In this document: positions 17,533-27,713 of the stretch, piece by piece
Layout of the letters: every line of letters starts with the position of its first letter
How positions within the stretch are numbered: the first letter of the stretch is position 1
Assembly: GCA_041773075.1 (NCBI GenBank)
Contig: JBHBMT010000106.1
Span: 1-55,822 of the forward strand
Length of the DNA: 55,822 nt
Reading direction: 5' to 3'
From: Moraxella sp.
Lineage (GTDB): Bacteria; Pseudomonadota; Gammaproteobacteria; Pseudomonadales; Moraxellaceae
Notes under the pieces: generated by a model
What the model was told of the DNA's origin: nothing
Database searches by the model: none
The model's input: only the letters and a program-made list of their open reading frames with translations
Made by a program: the position numbers and the translations under genes

Positions 17533-20262
17533 TTAATTTTCCCGCTTAATGCGATAGCGGGTTGTGCTGTCTGCGCGCTCATCCAGCACCTCTGTGAGCT
17601 TGTCTTCTAGATGTTTGGCAATCTCTTCACTGTTGGCAAGCTTTGGATTGACAAAAATACGTTTGACACTTGGCTTTTGGGCTGTCTTGTTGGCATCTGT
17701 TTGCTTGGCAGAGGACGATTTTTTGTCCCAAGCTGGACGCGTGTTGTCAAAACGTTTTTTGTCTCTTGCAAAAGCGCTTTTGTTACCTTTATTACCTTTA
17801 TTACCTTTATTACCTTTATTACCTTTATTACCTTTATTACCTTTATTACCTTTATTGCCTTTATTACCTTGAGAGGCATTGTCAGATTCATTTATTGGCT
17901 TGGATTTGACAAAAGGTTTGTCTGCTGTTTGTTTGGCTTTTGGCTTGGCATGGGTGTTTTTGATGTCCGCTTTTGTGCCATCCTCTTTGGGTGCTGTGGT
18001 AATGGCGTGCTTGTGGCGGATTTCAAAGCTTTGGTGAATGGGTTTTTTGGGGTTAAAATCAAACCCTATGGTATGATGAGTAATCTCTATCACCTCATAG
18101 CGCTGTTTTAGACCCTCATCCAATTCAAAACGCGTGTAATTATTACTAAAATACAAAACGCCATCATGGCTTAAGCGATTCATTGCACGGTTAATTAGTG
18201 CTGCATGGTCGCGCTGTACATCAAAGGTGCCTTTGAATTTTTTGGAATTGGAAAACGTAGGCGGGTCAATAAAAATCACCTCATACTGCCCCGTATGGCT
18301 TTTTATCCAGTCAAAAACATCGGCATCAACGAATTGATATTTTAAGTTATCTTCAAAATAAGCGTCAACCACCAATCCATTTAATGCAAAATTCAGCCGA
18401 CCCCAATTAAGATAATTAGCAGACAAATCCACACTCGTCACTGTTTTTGCACCGTTTAGCGCAGCGTGTACACTGGCTGTGCAGGTATAAGCAAATAAAT
18501 TTAAGACATGCTTATTGTGGCTTGCAGCAGCTACTCTTTGACGCATAAGACGATGGTCAATAAATAACCCTGTATCCAAATAATCGGTAAAATTGGCATA
18601 CAAATACGCGCCATGCTCTTTGACAACATAAAATTTGCCCGACCCTGTTTGACGAGTATACTGCTCATTACCCACTTGGCGTGCACGCGTTTTGATAAAC
18701 ACCGCTTCACGATTGACCATCAAAACCTGACGAATCGCAGATAAAGCAAGCGCAAAACGGCGTTTGGCGACTTCAGGGTCAATCTGCTTGGGTGGCGCGT
18801 ATTCTTGAACATGGACTTTGTCACCATAAATATCAATCGCCATATTAAAATCAGGCAAGTCAGCATCATAAATACGCAGATTGGTGACGTGTTGTTTTTT
18901 GGCGTGTTTTTTTAGGTTGCTTAAGTTTTTTTGTAAGCGATTAACAAAATCTTGTGCGCCCTCAACCATAATTTCTTGTTTTTCAAAACGCTCAATTAAG
19001 CTAGATTGTCTTTGTTGATTTAGCGCTCCGTGACGAAAATATACTGTTAGCGCCCCATTATGACAGCGCAAAGTTTTTGGCGTAGTGATGGGCAAGGTAT
19101 CCACATCCTCTACTTTTGCGCCCAACACAGCAAGGGTGGTGTGCGCCACGTGCGCCAAGCCCTCTTTGGCAATCAGCCCTAGCCCTTGATACAACGCCTT
19201 GATACTACTTTCATCGCCCAAGCGCTCACCATAAGGAGGGTTGGTAATCAACAAAACACGGGCATCTTGTGGCAAAGACTGTAAGCTGTCTTTGAGTTTT
19301 GCCACTGGCTTGGCAGACAAGGTGATGGTGGCTGCCAAAGGCGCCAAAGCAGATGCTAGTATGTTTTTGTGACATGCCTTGATGGCAGAGGCATCGGCAT
19401 CAAGCGCAATGATGGTCAAGGGAGCATGTATGAGCGTATCAATATTGGTATAAAATGTTTGTTCCGCCTGTGATACCATGCGTTGCCACATTGCCTCGTC
19501 ATGGTGCGCCCAATAATAAAAGCCAAACTCACTTTCTGCTTTATCTAGCCCCACAGGATAATTGGCACGCATCAGTAGTGCCTCTGTAATCAGAGTACCA
19601 GAGCCACACATAGGGTCAATGAGTGTATTAAAGTTGGTATTGTGCCAACCACATTCATATAGCAAAGCGCAAGCTAAATTTTCTTTTAGAGGGGCGGCAG
19701 TATTGGCAACACGATAGCCACGACGGTGTAGTGATGTGCCTGATAAATCCAGTGCCATTTCGGCACATTCAGCCCCTACATGCACCATGATGGCAAATTG
19801 AGGAGTTTTGTCCACGTTTGGGCGTGCGCCAAATTTTTCATTAAACACATCAGCAATGGCATCTTTGACCCTTAACGTGGCAAATTGCTGATTGACCGCC
19901 ACACGCTTGTCCACACTTAGACGAATGGCAAAGGTATTATCCACACCAAATAATGTTGTCCAATCAAACCGCTTAGCAAAGTGATACAGGCACTCTGCCA
20001 CATCCTCATCAATGACTTTTTTGCCATCAGCGCCTTGTTTGTGCTTAAAATGATATTCACCCAGTGGCAACAGCACACGACTGGCAACGCGGCTATACAG
20101 ACAAATATGATAAATCTGCTCCAACGTTGCCGCCAAAGCAATGCGCCCTGTGCGCAACAAGGTAGCAGCTAAGCCAAAGCTTTGTAGTTCGGTTAATAAA
20201 GGAGCTTCTAAACCATCAGCGCAAGTGATGATAATATCAAAGGTGGGGTCGGTGTGGGTCAT
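17533..20262 (-). CDS. rlmKL: Bifunctional 23S rRNA m2G2445/m7G2069 methyltransferase with a long basic C-terminal tail
   Basis: THUMP region, SLHRRGYR, APLKENLA, DPMCGSGT, NPPYGERL, DYLDTGLF.DHR, DPPTFSNSK. Confidence 0.96.
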   Translation of the reverse strand: MTHTDPTFDIIITCADGLEAPLLTELQSFGLAATLLRTGRIALAATLEQIYHICLYSRVASRVLLPLGEYHFKHKQGADGKKVIDEDVAECLYHFAKRFDWTTLFGVDNTFAIRLSVDKRVAVNQQFATLRVKDAIADVFNEKFGARPNVDKTPQFAIMVHVGAECAEMALDLSGTSLHRRGYRVANTAAPLKENLACALLYECGWHNTNFNTLIDPMCGSGTLITEALLMRANYPVGLDKAESEFGFYYWAHHDEAMWQRMVSQAEQTFYTNIDTLIHAPLTIIALDADASAIKACHKNILASALAPLAATITLSAKPVAKLKDSLQSLPQDARVLLITNPPYGERLGDESSIKALYQGLGLIAKEGLAHVAHTTLAVLGAKVEDVDTLPITTPKTLRCHNGALTVYFRHGALNQQRQSSLIERFEKQEIMVEGAQDFVNRLQKNLSNLKKHAKKQHVTNLRIYDADLPDFNMAIDIYGDKVHVQEYAPPKQIDPEVAKRRFALALSAIRQVLMVNREAVFIKTRARQVGNEQYTRQTGSGKFYVVKEHGAYLYANFTDYLDTGLFIDHRLMRQRVAAASHNKHVLNLFAYTCTASVHAALNGAKTVTSVDLSANYLNWGRLNFALNGLVVDAYFEDNLKYQFVDADVFDWIKSHTGQYEVIFIDPPTFSNSKKFKGTFDVQRDHAALINRAMNRLSHDGVLYFSNNYTRFELDEGLKQRYEVIEITHHTIGFDFNPKKPIHQSFEIRHKHAITTAPKEDGTKADIKNTHAKPKAKQTADKPFVKSKPINESDNASQGNKGNKGNKGNKGNKGNKGNKGNKGNKGNKSAFARDKKRFDNTRPAWDKKSSSAKQTDANKTAQKPSVKRIFVNPKLANSEEIAKHLEDKLTEVLDERADSTTRYRIKREN
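17779..17870. repeat. 9-bp in-frame tandem repeat x10 encoding (GNK)10
   Basis: (TTACCTTTA)n on the + strand with one TTGCCTTTA variant. Confidence 0.97.
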
Positions 20263-20531
20263 GACAGAGTATCGTATCAGGATAAACCCTTTATTTTAAC
20301 ACAAAATCAAAGCCAGCATGACAATATTTGTTTAAACATTAAACCACCCCAAAACACAGGCTGTCTATAGGTGGGTTTTATCCATCTGCCACCTTGACAA
20401 TAAGCACAACACAAGAGGCTGCTCAATGGATTACAAGCTTATACGTTAAGTAATCTTATATAATAATGCAGTGTAGAGCTGCTTAATGTCAATGATAAGT
20501 CCATGCGTTCTAACGTTTTAGGGTACACACC

Positions 20532-21029
20532 CTAAGCCTCCCATTTTAACAACAGTGCCTTTAAGCCTTGATTAAGCTCATCAAGTACCTCATTGGGTAT
20601 GTCACACAGTAGTGTGTTTTCGTTGTTCAAATGCGCCAAAAATGCCTTATCAATCAGTGCTCTACCCTCATCGCTTAGGCAAACAAGCAAGCTTCGGCTA
20701 TCATTGGGATTGGGCAAGCGAGTAATCAAGCCTTTGTTTTCTAGCTGTTTTAGGCGATGTGTGATAGTACCCGAACTAATCATCAGTGCAGAGTACAGCT
20801 CGGTGGGACTAAGTGTAAAAGGCGCGCCTGCTCGTCTTAAGGTCGCCAAGACATCAAATTCACCCAGCGTCAGTCCAAATTGAGCGTGGGTAGCACTAAG
20901 TAAAGGCTCAAGCAAAGAGGCACAGCGCTTGAGTCGCCCAATTACCGCCATGGCTTGCAAGGGCAGATTACCATACTCTTGTTGCCATTGGGTGAGAATG
21001 TCATCTACTTTGTCGGTGGGTGTGCTCAT
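20532..21029 (-). CDS. MarR family regulator, PecS/UrtR-like
   Basis: DDILTQW, EFDVLATLRR, LSPTEL, SSGTITHRL, RLPNPNDSRS. Divergent from a DMT transporter. Confidence 0.9.
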   Translation of the reverse strand: MSTPTDKVDDILTQWQQEYGNLPLQAMAVIGRLKRCASLLEPLLSATHAQFGLTLGEFDVLATLRRAGAPFTLSPTELYSALMISSGTITHRLKQLENKGLITRLPNPNDSRSLLVCLSDEGRALIDKAFLAHLNNENTLLCDIPNEVLDELNQGLKALLLKWEA

Positions 21030-21092
21030 AATCTTTACTCATCAAAGAGGCGGTGGCACTATTTTAACACCAAGACAAGTTTTTTTAAAAAA

Positions 21093-21150
21093 TTATCTTG
21101 ATATAAAGATAAATTCCCACTACAATCAATTTATCTTTATATCAAGATAA
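21093..21150. promoter_or_regulatory. Twin palindromic MarR operator
   Basis: TTATCTTGATATAAAGATAA (21093-21112) and its exact reverse complement TTATCTTTATATCAAGATAA (21131-21150). Each is TATCTT-N6-AAGATA. Confidence 0.88.
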
Positions 21151-21163
21151 AAATGGATACTCT

Positions 21164-22078
21164 ATGACAATCACCTTTATCATCGGTATTTTGGCAGGGT
21201 TTGCCATTGCTTGTCAGTCAGCGATGAATGCTAGGCTAAGACGACATCTACAAGCACCATTTTTGACATCTTTTGTGTCGTTTTTGGCGGGACTTTTGTT
21301 TATTTTACTGCTTGCCCTGATGTGGGGTGATAAGGTGGCTTGGAGTAGACAGCTTTTGATGGCGGTGCCATTTTGGGCATGGTGGGGCGGTCTTTTGGGC
21401 ATGATGAGTTTAAGTAGTGCCATTTTGATTTTTCCCAAACTCGGTGCGGTGCAAACGGCAATCATGCCCATCTTGGGACAGGTTGTTGCAGGCGTAGTGA
21501 TTGATAGTTTTGGTTGGTTTCATGCCCCCAAAGTTGCCCCTTCACCCATCAAGGTGGTTGGGGTGGTGTTGGTAGTTGTTGCGGTAGTACTACCCAATAT
21601 GCACGCACTCAAAAGCACCCAAAGCAGCAAAGAGTTTTGGTTGTGGCGTGGCATTGGGGTATTTGGTGGAGCGTGTATGGCAACGCAAGCAGCAATCAAT
21701 GGCAGGCTTGGAGAGGCTTTGAAATCACCTATTCATTCGACGGTGATGTCATTTTTGGTGGGAGCGATAGGGCTGTTTTTGGTGGTGACATTCTATGAAA
21801 AAAGTTGGTCAAACCTAAAAGCACCCCAACAAGACAAGCCGTGGTGGATGTGGTTTGGTGGGGTGCTTGCTGGCTTGTTTATTTATGCCAGCATTTGGCT
21901 TGTGCCAAAAATTGGTACAGGGTCAGTAGTCATGCTGATGCTGCTTGGCTCTATCCTAGGCAGTTTGCTAATAGATAAATTTGGCTGGCTTGGGGTGGAC
22001 AAAAAACCCATACAAGCCGTGCAAATTCTTGGTATTGTCTTGATGTTTGCTGGGGTGGCGTGTGTGCGCTTGCTGTGA
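21164..22078 (+). CDS. DMT family transporter, YdcZ/DUF606-type, two fused repeats
   Basis: Two copies of Q..[MI]N.RL / SFL.G / PxWxW.GG.L / PKxG / IDxFGW. Confidence 0.87.
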   Translation: MTITFIIGILAGFAIACQSAMNARLRRHLQAPFLTSFVSFLAGLLFILLLALMWGDKVAWSRQLLMAVPFWAWWGGLLGMMSLSSAILIFPKLGAVQTAIMPILGQVVAGVVIDSFGWFHAPKVAPSPIKVVGVVLVVVAVVLPNMHALKSTQSSKEFWLWRGIGVFGGACMATQAAINGRLGEALKSPIHSTVMSFLVGAIGLFLVVTFYEKSWSNLKAPQQDKPWWMWFGGVLAGLFIYASIWLVPKIGTGSVVMLMLLGSILGSLLIDKFGWLGVDKKPIQAVQILGIVLMFAGVACVRLL

Positions 22079-22150
22079 ATGGGTCGCGCGTTTCAAAGAT
22101 TTGTGCAGAATTGTGGAGTCGCATAACAAAACAACCAACAATACAAGATA

Positions 22151-23326
22151 TTATAAAAACTCCACTTCTGCCCCATCCTGAATGGTGCCAAAAAGCGCCA
22201 ACGCATCCCAATTGGTCAGGCGCACACAGCCTGATGAATGCTGCTGACTGATTTTTTCGGGGTCAGGCGAGCCATGAATGCCATAGCTTGGGCGGCTAAT
22301 ACCAATCCACACTCGCCCCACAGGATTATTGGGTCCGGGGGGTAATACGCTGTTTTTGTTACTAAAATCTTTGTTATAATAAGGATTTAGCACACGATTG
22401 ACAACTTTGTGTGCGCCACTAGGTGATGGCTTATAGCTACTTCCCACAGTGGTAGGATAGCTTGCCACCAACTCACCTGCTTGATTGTAAGCAAATAAGA
22501 TGTTTTTGCCTTTATCAGCCACAACCTTATGCACCTCTTGGGTGTTGGGTTGATACGGATTGTACACAGTGATGGTGTCGCCTACTTTTAGCTTACTCTC
22601 TGGATTGAGCTTAGATAGCAGCGCCTGACTCATCTGAAATTTTTCCGCAACCGCTTCTTTGACACTACGATACTGCTGCCCTTTGGGGTGATAAGGAATG
22701 TCCACATCCTCTTGGGTGAGCGTGTATTTCACAAGCACAGGCTGTGCCATCAGCGTTTCATCTGCTGTCAGCGCTTGCCATGTTGCCTCATTCATCGCCT
22801 CAGTTGTCTCAAGATTGTGTTTTTGTTGAAATACCTGCATGGCTTTGATGGTATTTTGATTGATTTCTCCAGTGACCGCGCCCACTTTGTGATGATGATA
22901 ATTCAGTAGTGCCTGAATACGAATGGCTATCGCCGTTTGCTCCTCTGACACCTCTTGTGTTTGTGCTTTAGTATCAGCTTTGTTAGCGGGCGCTGCTTGT
23001 TGTGAGGCGTCAGCATGGCTTGTATTGACGTCTGCTTGCCACTGTGCTTGATTTACTTTTTTGGCAAAGTCTGACAACGCTTCTGTTTGATATGGGATTT
23101 CTGGCAAGGCATATGCCAAACGAATTTCCACAGGGGATATCCCTACAAACTGCTGACTAACATTGGGACGCATCACAGGCTCTGGTTGAGTTTTGGTATT
23201 TACCGCCTGCGATGTCGCCATCTCTGTTGTTTTTGTATCATGCTGATTTGTTTGAGATACCTGTTCAGGCTGACAAGCCATTAGGCAGCCCGCCATCAAA
23301 ATACAGACCCCTTGATACTGCTTCAT
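22151..23326 (-). CDS. L,D-transpeptidase lipoprotein with peptidoglycan-binding domain
   Basis: Lipobox LMAC, PG-binding segment (IQALLN..FQQKHNL), PPGPNNPVG, YGIHG...SSGCVRL. Confidence 0.9.
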   Translation of the reverse strand: MKQYQGVCILMAGCLMACQPEQVSQTNQHDTKTTEMATSQAVNTKTQPEPVMRPNVSQQFVGISPVEIRLAYALPEIPYQTEALSDFAKKVNQAQWQADVNTSHADASQQAAPANKADTKAQTQEVSEEQTAIAIRIQALLNYHHHKVGAVTGEINQNTIKAMQVFQQKHNLETTEAMNEATWQALTADETLMAQPVLVKYTLTQEDVDIPYHPKGQQYRSVKEAVAEKFQMSQALLSKLNPESKLKVGDTITVYNPYQPNTQEVHKVVADKGKNILFAYNQAGELVASYPTTVGSSYKPSPSGAHKVVNRVLNPYYNKDFSNKNSVLPPGPNNPVGRVWIGISRPSYGIHGSPDPEKISQQHSSGCVRLTNWDALALFGTIQDGAEVEFL

Positions 23327-23471
23327 CTTTTTTCCTCTTTTAATTTTATGCCACACTATTTTAACATTTCAATTTAAATCAAATTTGGATAAATTCCAAG
23401 CCTTTTTAGCCAAAATGCCGCCATGCAATCTATTGTCATTTAGCAACCAGCTTTGTTGGCAGTCATCCACC

Positions 23472-24707
23472 TTAGCTCCCATCAGGAAATGTATGTGCTT
23501 GATTATGCTCACTATTACTATACATCGCTTTTGATGGCGCTACCTCCGCTTTGGGTGATACAGATACCTCTTGGATATCACTGATAAGCACCTCGTCTTC
23601 TTTTATCAGTTTCATGTGTGGATAAGGTGCATGAATGCCTTCTGCATCCAAGGTTTTTTTGATGGCTTCTATCAGATATTCTTTGATAATAGGTAGTCTT
23701 GCCACTGATGCAGGGCTCACCCAAAACCGTACAATAAAAAACACATCATACTCTCCCACTCTATCCAAAGTCACCGTTGGCACAGGGTGAGACAAAACCG
23801 CCTCATTGTTTTTTAGCACACCCAAAATCAGTGCGCGCGCCTTATCAATATTCACATCTAGTGCCACACGCACAGGTACATCAAAACGAATAAATGTCTT
23901 GGAGGTCAAATTTACCACTTCACTGGACGCAACTGTAGAATTGGGCAAAATGATGATAATATTATCTCTATCCAAAATACGCGTGGAGCGCAAAGAAATT
24001 TTGACCACTCGCCCCTCTTGAGTGCCAATACGCACCCAATCCCCCACCTGAAAAGATTGCTCAATCAAAATGGCGATGCCCGCAATAAAATTCGCCAATG
24101 TACTTTGGGCAGCAAAGCCTACCGCCAAACCTGCAATCCCCAGACCTGCAACAATAGAAACAATATCAAAGCCAAATTGCGCCAAAATCGTTCCTAATGC
24201 CAAGACAATAATCAAAACGGCATTCAGATTTTTGAGCAATTGACCAATAGATTCATTTAATTCATAGTGCTTTAATAAGCTAGCAACCACCTGATCATTC
24301 ATCAGCCATGCCATATAATAAATCAGCGCCCAAGTACTCGCTTTGGCAAACCCCTTGATGGTATCCATTGGTACGCCCAATTGGGTCATTATTGCCAAAA
24401 TACTGGTCATCAGCCACAAATAGCGCAAAACCGAACGAGATACCTTGCCTGTACGCTCTGATAAATTAAAAATTTTTTTGCTGCGCTTAAGCAGATAAAC
24501 CAGTATCCAATACAAAAAACCAATAACAATCAACAATATGGCTATTTTTATGGCAACACTCAAAAATGCCAACCCACGATTTGCCCAATCATAGGTTTGA
24601 TCTTCAATAGACCCTCCTAGTGCCACATAGACGCTTTGGTACAATTCTTTAAAAATTTTTTCAAAAAATGACGCTACGCCCAATGCTTGAGAAGCCATCA
24701 CCACCAT
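23472..24707 (-). CDS. Small-conductance mechanosensitive channel (MscS family)
   Basis: GLAVGFAAQ.TLANFIAG, F.VGDWV, G.V.KI.LRST, PNS. Confidence 0.92.
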   Translation of the reverse strand: MVVMASQALGVASFFEKIFKELYQSVYVALGGSIEDQTYDWANRGLAFLSVAIKIAILLIVIGFLYWILVYLLKRSKKIFNLSERTGKVSRSVLRYLWLMTSILAIMTQLGVPMDTIKGFAKASTWALIYYMAWLMNDQVVASLLKHYELNESIGQLLKNLNAVLIIVLALGTILAQFGFDIVSIVAGLGIAGLAVGFAAQSTLANFIAGIAILIEQSFQVGDWVRIGTQEGRVVKISLRSTRILDRDNIIIILPNSTVASSEVVNLTSKTFIRFDVPVRVALDVNIDKARALILGVLKNNEAVLSHPVPTVTLDRVGEYDVFFIVRFWVSPASVARLPIIKEYLIEAIKKTLDAEGIHAPYPHMKLIKEDEVLISDIQEVSVSPKAEVAPSKAMYSNSEHNQAHTFPDGS

Positions 24708-24879
24708 AATTCACCCAACAGTTGCCTAACCATCAATTTTACCACCAATTAGTGCTGTATATTGTAACAAATCTTAAGAGCAAAGATTAAATAATTTGGG
24801 CTTCAAGTGAAATTTTGATATGATGGGGACTTTTGTATGACTGAAATACTCTTACTTAAATACTCTTAAATGGATAGAT

Positions 24880-25788
24880 ATGGATAGTATTATTACACTG
24901 GTGTTGATTCTTGCCCCAATGTTTGTGGGATTTTTACTGCCTGTACATCAGCAGTTGGCACATTGGAGCGAAAAAATCTTAAATGGACTGGTTTTTTTGA
25001 TTTTAACCATCATTGGTATGGAGCTGGCAGCAGTAGATAATCTTGGCAAGACACTTATGCAGGTTGCCTTATATTTGCCTGTACTTTTAATTCTTAATAT
25101 TGGCTCTGGGCTGATAGCACTTTATTTGTTTGACAAATTTTCTCCTTGTCCCTATCGTAAGCTTAATGCTCACACACCAAAAACCTCCATCAGTCTGCAT
25201 GGTAGCTTTGTACAGCTAGGGTGCTTAGCTTTGGGGTTTTTGTTGGCTTCTATTTTGCCTAATGGCATGCATCTGCCTGCCATGACTACCACTGTGCTAT
25301 TGATGATTTTGTTATTATTGGTGGGTATTTTATTAAAAAATTCTAATGTTAGCCTAAAACAAGCCCTTTTTAATCAACGTGGCTTACAAATTAGTGTGGT
25401 ATTTATGGCGGCGGTGCTCGCTAGTGGTTTAGTATTCGCTGCGCTATTTGATACCGTATCATGGTCAAAAGGGCTTGCGCTGTCTTCAGGGTTTGGCTGG
25501 TACTCACTATCAGGTACTGTCATGACCGAAAGCTATGGTGCATTGTGGGGCTCGGTGGCACTATTAAATGACCTACTGCGTGAGATTTTGGCGTTGTTAT
25601 TTATTCCCTATGTCATGCGCCTGTCGTCATCAGCAGCGATTGGTTTGGCTGGCGTCACCAGTCTTGACTTTACCCTACCCACTCTACAAAAAGCAGGAGG
25701 CAGTGACATCATTCCTTTGGTTATTAGCTTTGGATTTATCACCAATGTCGTCTCACCCATCTTAATGGTGCTGTTTTCACGTTGGTGA
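24880..25788 (+). CDS. LysO (YbjE) family lysine exporter
   Basis: SGFGWYSLSG, NDLLRE, TSLDFTLP. Confidence 0.88.
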   Translation: MDSIITLVLILAPMFVGFLLPVHQQLAHWSEKILNGLVFLILTIIGMELAAVDNLGKTLMQVALYLPVLLILNIGSGLIALYLFDKFSPCPYRKLNAHTPKTSISLHGSFVQLGCLALGFLLASILPNGMHLPAMTTTVLLMILLLLVGILLKNSNVSLKQALFNQRGLQISVVFMAAVLASGLVFAALFDTVSWSKGLALSSGFGWYSLSGTVMTESYGALWGSVALLNDLLREILALLFIPYVMRLSSSAAIGLAGVTSLDFTLPTLQKAGGSDIIPLVISFGFITNVVSPILMVLFSRW

Positions 25789-27057
25789 TTAGGGGGTAAT
25801 ACCTCCTGCTTGCTTATTAAAAAAGTGCGTCAGCCAAGGTGCTTTACCCACCGCACCAAAGCCTGTACTGCGCGCCAGCATAAGCCAATGATTGTCAGAT
25901 AGCCCGCCTGCAAACAGCCAATTGATTGCCGAAAAACTATGCATCATCAAGGCTGTTTTGGCATGGCGCTCTCTGGCATAGCGGCGCAAATACTGCGCCA
26001 AAGCCGTATTGGGTTTATTTAGGCAAAATGAATGCGACACTAACGCTACCAAGCCTTTTAATGCTATCACATCTGCCATACCCAAATTTAGCCCCTGCCC
26101 TGCCAAGGGATGAACCCCATGAGATGCGTCCCCAATCAACACCCATGATGCCCCAACACTTTGTTTTGCCAATTGCGCTGACAAAGCAAAGCTTGCCACT
26201 GATTGCACCTCCTCTACCGCACCCAATGCAAATCCTGAATACAGCGCAATATCATCACCCAAGCGTGTCAATGTCTGCTGATGCGTTTTGATAGAAGTCA
26301 GATAAGTGTTAGCAACCTTGGTGGGCAAAGTCCACACCACCGATTGCCAATGTTCATCCGATGGGTTGTTAAACGGTGCCAGCGGCAATAGCGCCAATGT
26401 GCCTGTTGGTAGCATGGCTTGCCGAGCGGTATGGTTGTGCAAATGAGTGGTACGAATGGCACAGCAAATGGCGGTTTGATGATAGTCTAGAGTGTCCAAC
26501 CCCACCCCAAGCAATTGGCGCACCTGCGATGAGCGACCATCCGCTCCCACCAACAATTGACATTGATAACGCACAGTAGCGTCTGATATGCGCACCAAAA
26601 CGCCATGCCCACCTTGATATGTATCAATATCAATCAGCTTCGCCCCAAAAATAAGGTGCAAATTTGGCAGACTTTGTGCTTTGTCAAACAAGGCTTTGTC
26701 TAGCACGCTAGGTTCTACCATACTGCCCATTAATTGCAAGCCATCGCCAAAGACAATCTCGCCTGCACCATCTTGCTGCCATACCTGCATACGCCGATAA
26801 TCCGCACGGCGCACAATATACGTCCATACGCCAATCTCTTTTAATAAAGCAATGCTAGGTAAATTAAGCGCATATACACGTGCGTCAAGGCGATTTATAC
26901 GCTCTTGCCACACTGCATCACAAGGTTTGGGTTTGACATCCAAAACCACCACTGACACACCTGCTTGCGCAAGATAAATCGCAAGCGATAATCCTACCGT
27001 ACCTGCTCCCACAATCAGCACAGAGGTTGTTTGGGTTTGACTTGACATATTAGACAT
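25789..27057 (-). CDS. UbiH/UbiF/UbiI family FAD-dependent ubiquinone-biosynthesis hydroxylase
   Basis: GAGTVG, LLVGADG..S.VR, LIGDASH.VHPLAGQGLNLG. Confidence 0.9.
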   Translation of the reverse strand: MSNMSSQTQTTSVLIVGAGTVGLSLAIYLAQAGVSVVVLDVKPKPCDAVWQERINRLDARVYALNLPSIALLKEIGVWTYIVRRADYRRMQVWQQDGAGEIVFGDGLQLMGSMVEPSVLDKALFDKAQSLPNLHLIFGAKLIDIDTYQGGHGVLVRISDATVRYQCQLLVGADGRSSQVRQLLGVGLDTLDYHQTAICCAIRTTHLHNHTARQAMLPTGTLALLPLAPFNNPSDEHWQSVVWTLPTKVANTYLTSIKTHQQTLTRLGDDIALYSGFALGAVEEVQSVASFALSAQLAKQSVGASWVLIGDASHGVHPLAGQGLNLGMADVIALKGLVALVSHSFCLNKPNTALAQYLRRYARERHAKTALMMHSFSAINWLFAGGLSDNHWLMLARSTGFGAVGKAPWLTHFFNKQAGGITP

Positions 27058-27105
27058 GATGGCTTTCACATTAAAATTGTGCTTGTATTATACCATCATT
27101 AAGTA

Positions 27106-27579
27106 TTATGGACTGTTGGTTTCTTTGGGAATTTCCACATCTTGACGCAAATTAAGATGTAATTTTTTGTACCAAGGCAGTGCATTGTATTCGGCTACAG
27201 CTTTGGCATGTGCTCTTTTTTCACGCATAAGGCGGGTATTTTGAATCAAATAAATGGTGCGTGAATCACTGGCTAGCACCTGACCTTTGTCATTTTGTAC
27301 TTCAGCGGTAATGCTATGCATCCCAGGGTTATACTCAATGCTTGCAAAATCATAAGTAAGTTGGCGAGATACTTCTTTGCCATCTATTTTTAGAATCATA
27401 TTGTCTGTTGCAGCCAAGGTTGGTGTCACCACCACCTCAATTTGCACAGTTTGAGCAGGACGCTGATAGGTTTGCTCTTGACTTGGATTGATAATACTGA
27501 CACTATAATTGGCAAAGGCAGTGCCCGTCATCAGCAAGATACCCGCCACGCTAAGCTGTTTTATACCAAACTGTTTCAT
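27106..27579 (-). CDS. Exported hypothetical protein with Ig-like fold
   Basis: Signal peptide AFA|N. VSIINP...IDGK...G.HSITAEV pattern. Confidence 0.7.
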   Translation of the reverse strand: MKQFGIKQLSVAGILLMTGTAFANYSVSIINPSQEQTYQRPAQTVQIEVVVTPTLAATDNMILKIDGKEVSRQLTYDFASIEYNPGMHSITAEVQNDKGQVLASDSRTIYLIQNTRLMREKRAHAKAVAEYNALPWYKKLHLNLRQDVEIPKETNSP

Positions 27580-27666
27580 AAAAACTCCTATAATTTATTT
27601 TATTGTACTCTGTTTTTGTGATTGATGGCTGCTTTTTTCCGACAAAGTGCCAAAAAATCAGACAAC

Positions 27667-27702
27667 AAAAAAAACAAGCCCAACATTGGACTTGTTTTTT
27701 TG
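27667..27702 (-). terminator. Rho-independent terminator of glnA
   Basis: A-run-CAAGCCCA...TGGACTTG-T-run. Confidence 0.8.
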
Positions 27703-27713
27703 TGAATACTTAC

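Noticed and set aside
17779-17870. Possible CRISPR array or phase-variation switch
   Set aside because: There are no spacers, and the unit is a multiple of 3, so it cannot frameshift.
17564-18111. Alternative-frame and antisense ORFs with (LLP)n, (VIK)n, (FIT)n and (YYL)n repeats
   Set aside because: All are by-products of the stop-poor 9-bp repeat inside rlmKL.
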